Below are positions 55,500 to 64,000 of a stretch of DNA of 64,000 bases, in pieces; positions within the stretch are counted from its first letter, which is position 1; every line of letters starts with the position of its first letter. A program made the translations under genes and the position numbers. The notes under the pieces are model-generated. The model ran no database searches and was not told the DNA's origin. It saw only the letters and a program-made list of their open reading frames with translations. Source of the stretch: Eledone cirrhosa (Eukaryota). The stretch covers positions 55,614,001 through 55,678,000 of the forward strand of contig OZ024747.1 in NCBI GenBank assembly GCA_964016885.1. Direction: 5' to 3'.

Positions 55500-56072
55500 C
55501 TGGATGATATCTCCTTCAACTGCCCAGATGGTTCTATAGAAATAGTAGACACCTTCCCTTACCTGGGTGACAAAATCAGCAGTGGAGGAGGGTGTTCTGA
55601 AAGTGTAGTAACCAGAGTTAGAATGTGCAGGGCAATGAAAATTGATGAAAGCTGTGGAGTGGGTAGACCAAAAAATCCTGGGACGAGGTGATAAAAACTG
55701 ACCTTGCCCACTTACACCTCTCTAAGACAATGACACTGGATCGGGATCTTTGGCACCATGCTGTTGTACAGAAGACCTGACTGCCATTGCATACAAACCT
55801 ACAGTCAGTAGGCACCTTTTAACTCAATGTACACCCCACCACCACACACTACCCCATCCTCCCTCTCCCGTTCCGTCCACTGTGTCGATGACACAACAGT
55901 CCACACTGTAAATGTGGTTGGTGTTAGGAGGGGTATCCAGCTGTAAAAAAAAACCTGCCAAAGACGCTTCTGTGCGAGCGAAACATGGTCTCCCGACCAT
56001 TCCTGCATCAAATGGAACAAAACTGTCTAACCCATGTTAGCGTGGAAGATGGACGTTAAACGATGATGATGA
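55500..56072 (+). mobile_element. RTE family 2, second copy, internally deleted
   Basis: Matches 43587-43702, then jumps to ~44038-44536; same 3' UTR. Confidence 0.92.
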
Positions 56073-56579
56073 GGATATATATATATGTGTATGTATGTGT
56101 GTGTGTGTGTATGTTGATGGATGGATGCATATCATAACAACATTTAGTGTCTACATGCCTGCATGGGTTATATGGGTTGTTGCATGCTGATCCTGACCAG
56201 TCAAGTGATAATCTCCTCCTCATACACTTCATTTTGGCTTGGTTTCTGCAGCCAGATGTCTTTCCTAATCTCATGTTTTATAGCATTTCCTGGGAACATG
56301 GCTTCTTTGGCTGGAAGCTAATCCAAACACCACCCATTTTAGAGTGTTTACAGTGTGTACTAGAAGCTTTTTCAATGACTCTGGCACTACCATCTTGTAG
56401 GGTTAACAAGTTGCTTTTTATTGTGCCATTAGCACTACCACCTCATAGAGTAGACAAGGTGATTTATTTCATGTCAACAGTACTATTACATAAAAGGGAA
56501 GACTAGCAACACTAACTCATTACAACAATAGTGTGCTCAGTGTCCTTGGTCAGGCTGGGGAGCTTTTGGCGTGAGTCAG

Positions 56580-57885
56580 ATTCTATTAATGGGAGGAATG
56601 CATACTACATAGTACGTGCTGGGAGATGGGGTACTGATCACTGTGAGAGAAGAAGTTTTAGGTCATTGTGGTGACCTTAAAGCAAGTGGATATCTGATAT
56701 ATTGTGATGCAGACTTGTCTTTCCTAAATGCTGGAGAAGTGGTGCAATCTATGCCTTTCTGATCTTCATGATGAGGAACAGGTGCAAAATTCTTCTTTTC
56801 TGTACCCCTCCCCACTCACTTGATATACTTGGTGCCTAGCCACTCTTCTCGCTCTCTGACATTGCTTTCTTTCTCCTCTATTCCTCCATTCTTTCCAGGT
56901 TTGTCCTTTTGTTTTAATGGCTCTTTCTAACTTACTATTTCACTACCATATCATCCGCCATCTTGCTGGGACATTGCTCCAGTCAGACCTGATTTGTGTA
57001 TACCAGCAGGTTGTCTCATAGAAATTCCCGAATTTTCCCCTATATTATTCGTCTCCAACTCCTCTTTCTTGCTCTCATTGATGTCAAATAAGATTTCTCT
57101 GAATTTTTAACTTAAAGAACATTCCCTTACCTTCGAAGTCTTCCTTCTCCTGGCTGGTTTTTGTCTCTTGGTTTACCTACACCTTACTCTAATGTCACTG
57201 ACAACTAATAATCTATGTTGAATGGTGCATTCTTCCCAAAGAAAGGATCTGGCATTTACAACAATTTCCTGGTGTGAAAGAAGTCTATTTGACTTGTATA
57301 CATTCCAGATTGATAAGTGATCAGGTGGTTGGCTGGTTTTCTGAAGTTTGTGTTGCAGATGGTTAGGTCAAGAGCATTGCAGAACTCTGGAAGCCTAGAC
57401 CACCCCTCCTCATTTCTTGTACCATAACTGTAGCCTCCATGTACACCAGGAAATCCATCATGGTGTTTCCCAAAGTGTCCTTTGAATTTGGCAGCTTCAA
57501 AAATAAGATCACTGTCATTGGTGATTAAAGTAACCTGCAAGAGGATCTCATACATGTAGGCTCCACAAATCCAGCTTGTGGAGCATACATGAATAATATA
57601 GTGGCTGTTGATTGTCCAAGGTTAGTCTAAGTTTAATCTATCGCATACTCTGACAACTTCAATTACTTGGTCAACCCATTTCCCAACTAAGTCTATTCCC
57701 ACCCCATTATTTCTACCCACACAGAAGATTTTGTTCCTTGCCTGTGACGAATCTGGCTGAAGTGCCCCTCCCCATCACTGCTTACAGCAGACAGTTACTT
57801 ATCTCTTCTCTAACAGCTCTGTAATCTCAACACACTAACATTTCATTGTTCCAACATTTATATTTGCAAATCTTAGGTTCTGTTC
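56580..57885 (-). mobile_element. RTE LINE 5' coding fragment (AP endonuclease)
   Basis: LRFANINVGTM; NNGVGI; WVDQVIEVVRVCDR; GVHGGYSYGTRNEEG..LDLTICNTNFRKPANHLITYQSG..SQIDF. Confidence 0.88.
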
Positions 57886-57942
57886 TTGATGTTAAGGGGG
57901 CTACACAAATTTCTTGCTATTTTCCTAGATTTGAGAGGTAGC

Positions 57943-58236
57943 CAGGGCCGGATTTAATGGGGGGGGGGGGGGGCAAAGAGGCAAAATGCCCTGGGACCCC
58001 TGCAGTTGTGTGGAGGCATCAGTAAAAACCATACTGGCTTATTTGTGCCATGTTGGGCTATTTGGTTTCAGGATCATTAGATTTTCCAAATTTATTACCT
58101 GTTTGTATAATTTTCTAATTCTAATTACTTGCACCAAGCTGACTTTGATATGTAATAAATATTCTAATATTTTTTGTATGAGGTGGACCTCCAAATCTGA
58201 ATGCCACAGGACCTCCTAGATCTAAATCCAGCCCTG
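57943..58236. mobile_element. hAT-type MITE
   Basis: TIRs CAGGGCCGGATTTA / TAAATCCAGCCCTG; 8-bp flanks GAGGTAGC and GGGGTAGG (6 of 8 match). Confidence 0.75.
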
Positions 58237-60173
58237 GGGGTAGGAGGGCCATATGACTGTTTGGTGTTAATTGGGGTGGAATCACATTTATGTTAAGATC
58301 TTTCGTACATTGCTTTATCTTGTCATTAGGCTCATATATGTTGATGTATAATTTGCATTCCATCATCATCATCATCATCGTTTAACTTCTATTTTCCATG
58401 CTAGCATTGGTTAGATGAGTTTGTCCCAATAGATGCAAGTTTGGTTGGGTGACTGTGTCTCACATACCATATATTTTGAACGTAGGTTTTATAGTTTCAG
58501 GAGATATTTCTATGTTCCTTTTACATTGTATTATCTTGTGAAAATGGATGAATTATGCCTTGTATTGTCTTGTGAAAAGGGGTGACTCATGCATAATCAG
58601 GAAATATAAACAGTTTATTTACTTAGGTTATATATTCAGAGAATGATATCGAAGATTAAGAAGTTAACTGTACAGTCACATGATATTGGGTTCCTATCAC
58701 TACATGGCACCTTGGGAAAATGTCTTCTACTTTAGCCTCAAACTGACCAATTTTCTGTATGGAAACTGTATGTAACCCAATAGCATGTACACATTATCTC
58801 ATGGCAATTTGAAAATAATCAAGGATTTGCAAATCTTTGTTAATATAACTAATTTTCTCATTATTAAGCTGGTGTTTGGAGCAAAATTTAACAAAAGCCC
58901 TTACATAAAATTATAAAGGTAAGTTTTTAGATAAATATAAGCACCTTGAAATGAAGAACATTATAGAACTGGGAATGGTTTCAAGTGCATTTATATTGAC
59001 AGATTTAAAACATTATAACATGGATATTGAAACAAGTATTACAATAAAACTTTATTTGATTGACCTAGGAAGGATGGAAAATTGGCAGGATCTGAACCCA
59101 GAGCATAAAGAAGCTGTACTAACAGTGCATAGCATTTTGATCAACATACTAATGATTCAAATAATAACTTTAATGATTATATATTCTATTGGCCACAAAG
59201 GTCCAAGACATTGGGAACAATACGGGAGTGAAATTAAAGAGAGAACAACAAAGGAAATAATAATGATGATGGTAATAATTATAATAATAATGATGATAAT
59301 ATAATACAAGATAAATGCAACTGTAATAATAATAATAATAATAATAATAATAGTAATAAAAATAATAATGTATCTGTAAACAAAAAATAATAATAATATA
59401 GCAAGACATTAAATTTCCCCATTAGATTAATTAATAGAATTTTTTTTTTCATTATTTCATTATTTCATTATTTCATTATTTCATTATTTCACCTTATTTA
59501 TATTCATAGTGAAAGGGTGTTCAAATATTAATTAATAATTAAAAAAATAATATTTCTAATCATATTTGTTAAACGCACACACAGAGACACCACCCTTATA
59601 TATGATATATATAAGGGGGGGGGGGGGTGTCTGTGTCTGTATATATAAATATATACACACACACCTATATAATTATATATATATATTTATATATTATTTC
59701 ATTCAAAGTATTTTTTATTTATTTAATTTTACTGCATTCTTTGATATATTATTATCATGATTATTGTTATTATTGTTGTTGTTGTTTTATTATATATTTT
59801 GCGTTTCCATCACCAACATAATGGTATTAAACTGATTTTATTAAACAAAGCAATAAATTATTTCCTTCCAGTCAGCTGCTAACAAAAAATAATTATAGGT
59901 GAGTGGGGGGAGGGCAGAAAAAAGTTAAAAACATTTTATAGGAAAAAGTATATTGAAAAAATAAAAAATAAACCCTCAAAATATATCTATAATTATATAA
60001 TGACGATAATGGTAGTTTTATATTTCCTTAGATATTTATTTATTTATTTATTAAATAATAATGATAATAATAATAATAATAATAATAATAATATAATAAT
60101 AATAGTAATAGAAATAATAATGATGATGATTTTTACAACAAAGTCAAAAGAAAGTGGAGTAATAATATGACAA

Positions 60174-62830
<2,657 letters not shown>

Positions 62831-63274
62831 ATATTTATCTATCTGTTCGTTAAGTGCAAAATAAAATTATATATATATATATATAACACTTCAATTTACT
62901 TGCAATGTCAGTCATTATCAACTTTATGATAATTAATATTATTATCATTATCATTATTATTATTATCATAATTTTATTACCGTTATCGTTGTTATTGTTT
63001 TTCTTCTTATATTTGCTTTTTATGATTCTTCTCTTAGCTTCCCTTTTTTGATTGGCCATCAATTTTTCATAATTATGTTAAATAAAGAAGTTTTATACCA
63101 TAAGGCCAAGAGTTAAATTTTTCTTTCATCTGTTGTTGCTTTTCCTATTTTGTTGTTGTTCTTATTGTATTCTACAATCCCAGGGGCAAATACAATAGTT
63201 ATTGAAGGAGTAGGGGGTTGTTTCATGAAATTCAGTTTTTGTTCCCATATACAAACACACACACAGTCAGATAT

Positions 63275-63466
63275 AATAATTGTTTCTAGTTTTGGCACAA
63301 GGCCAGAAATTACCCCAGTGCATTACTGGTACTTTATTTTATCGACCCCATAAGGATTAAATTCTAAGTTAACCTCAGCGGGATTTGAACTCAGACCGTA
63401 AAGGGCCGTAACTCTGTGCTGAAAAGCAGAACGTCTGAGCCTCTACTGATACTGCCAATCCACTGC
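63275..63466 (-). mobile_element. SINE family B
   Basis: Consensus match. Confidence 0.88.
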
Positions 63467-64000
63467 TTTCAGAGATATCAATGGACCTTCATCAGTATTT
63501 CCGTTGTTCCAACAATGGAACAACCTGCTCATGAACTTTATCTGCAAGTGGCCTAGCATTCTATAGAAATGAGAACCCTTAACATAGTTTTTATGGATAT
63601 TCAACATGACATTGTGTTTGAGAGTGCAAAAATCAGTTCTGTGTAAGCAAGATATTGTCATCTGATCTGGCATTTCTCACTACAGAACAATTCATTTAAC
63701 CCATGCTAGCATGGCAAAATGGAGTAGCCATTGTTCAAACAAAGGCTATCCTGGAAAATGCTTGGCAAAAATGATACTACACAATGGACCCAGAAAACTA
63801 GAAAAAAGGGTTTGTTAATTTACATATTTATTGTATCTTTACTAATGAATAGATCATTGTGAGAATTTGCAATCTTAGAAAGTAAAGACAGTAATTATTA
63901 ATGTGTAACAGTCATAGTGATCTTTTATAATTTCCAAGAATATATTGTTAATGCTGTTTCATGTGGCACAGGACGTTGAGAGTTAATAAGATACAAGCTG

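Noticed and set aside
63466-63500. Minus-strand CTGATGA...GAAA
   Set aside because: Runs straight into a SINE B head; no stem III or stem I partner.

Overview
Very AT-rich eukaryotic (animal) intergenic or intronic DNA dominated by microsatellites ((TA)n, (CA)n, (GA)n, (ATG)n, (ATT)n, (AAG)n, (CATA)n) and decayed transposons. The repeat families resemble those I know from octopus/cephalopod genomes (inference). I find no intact host gene; nearly all ORF-track entries are microsatellite read-through (YIYI, HTHT). Recognisable elements: several RTE LINE families; R4/Dong-type and HERO-type restriction-like-endonuclease LINE fragments; a probable L1/Tx1 fragment; Helitron fragments; Penelope-like (PLE) fragments in (TA)n; three tRNA-derived SINE families; and TTAA-, TA- and hAT-type MITEs. 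Most notable: (1) a predicted non-circularly permuted, pseudoknotted hammerhead ribozyme in the 3' UTR of the HERO LINE (45089-45204, minus strand); (2) minimal hammerheads with palindromic stem III in PLE-like fragments; (3) recurrent fold-back duplications at (TA)n junctions; (4) SINE/LINE tail sharing, including a repeated LINE with a SINE-like 3' UTR; (5) short locally templated insertions. All pairings and translations were done by eye and element boundaries are approximate.
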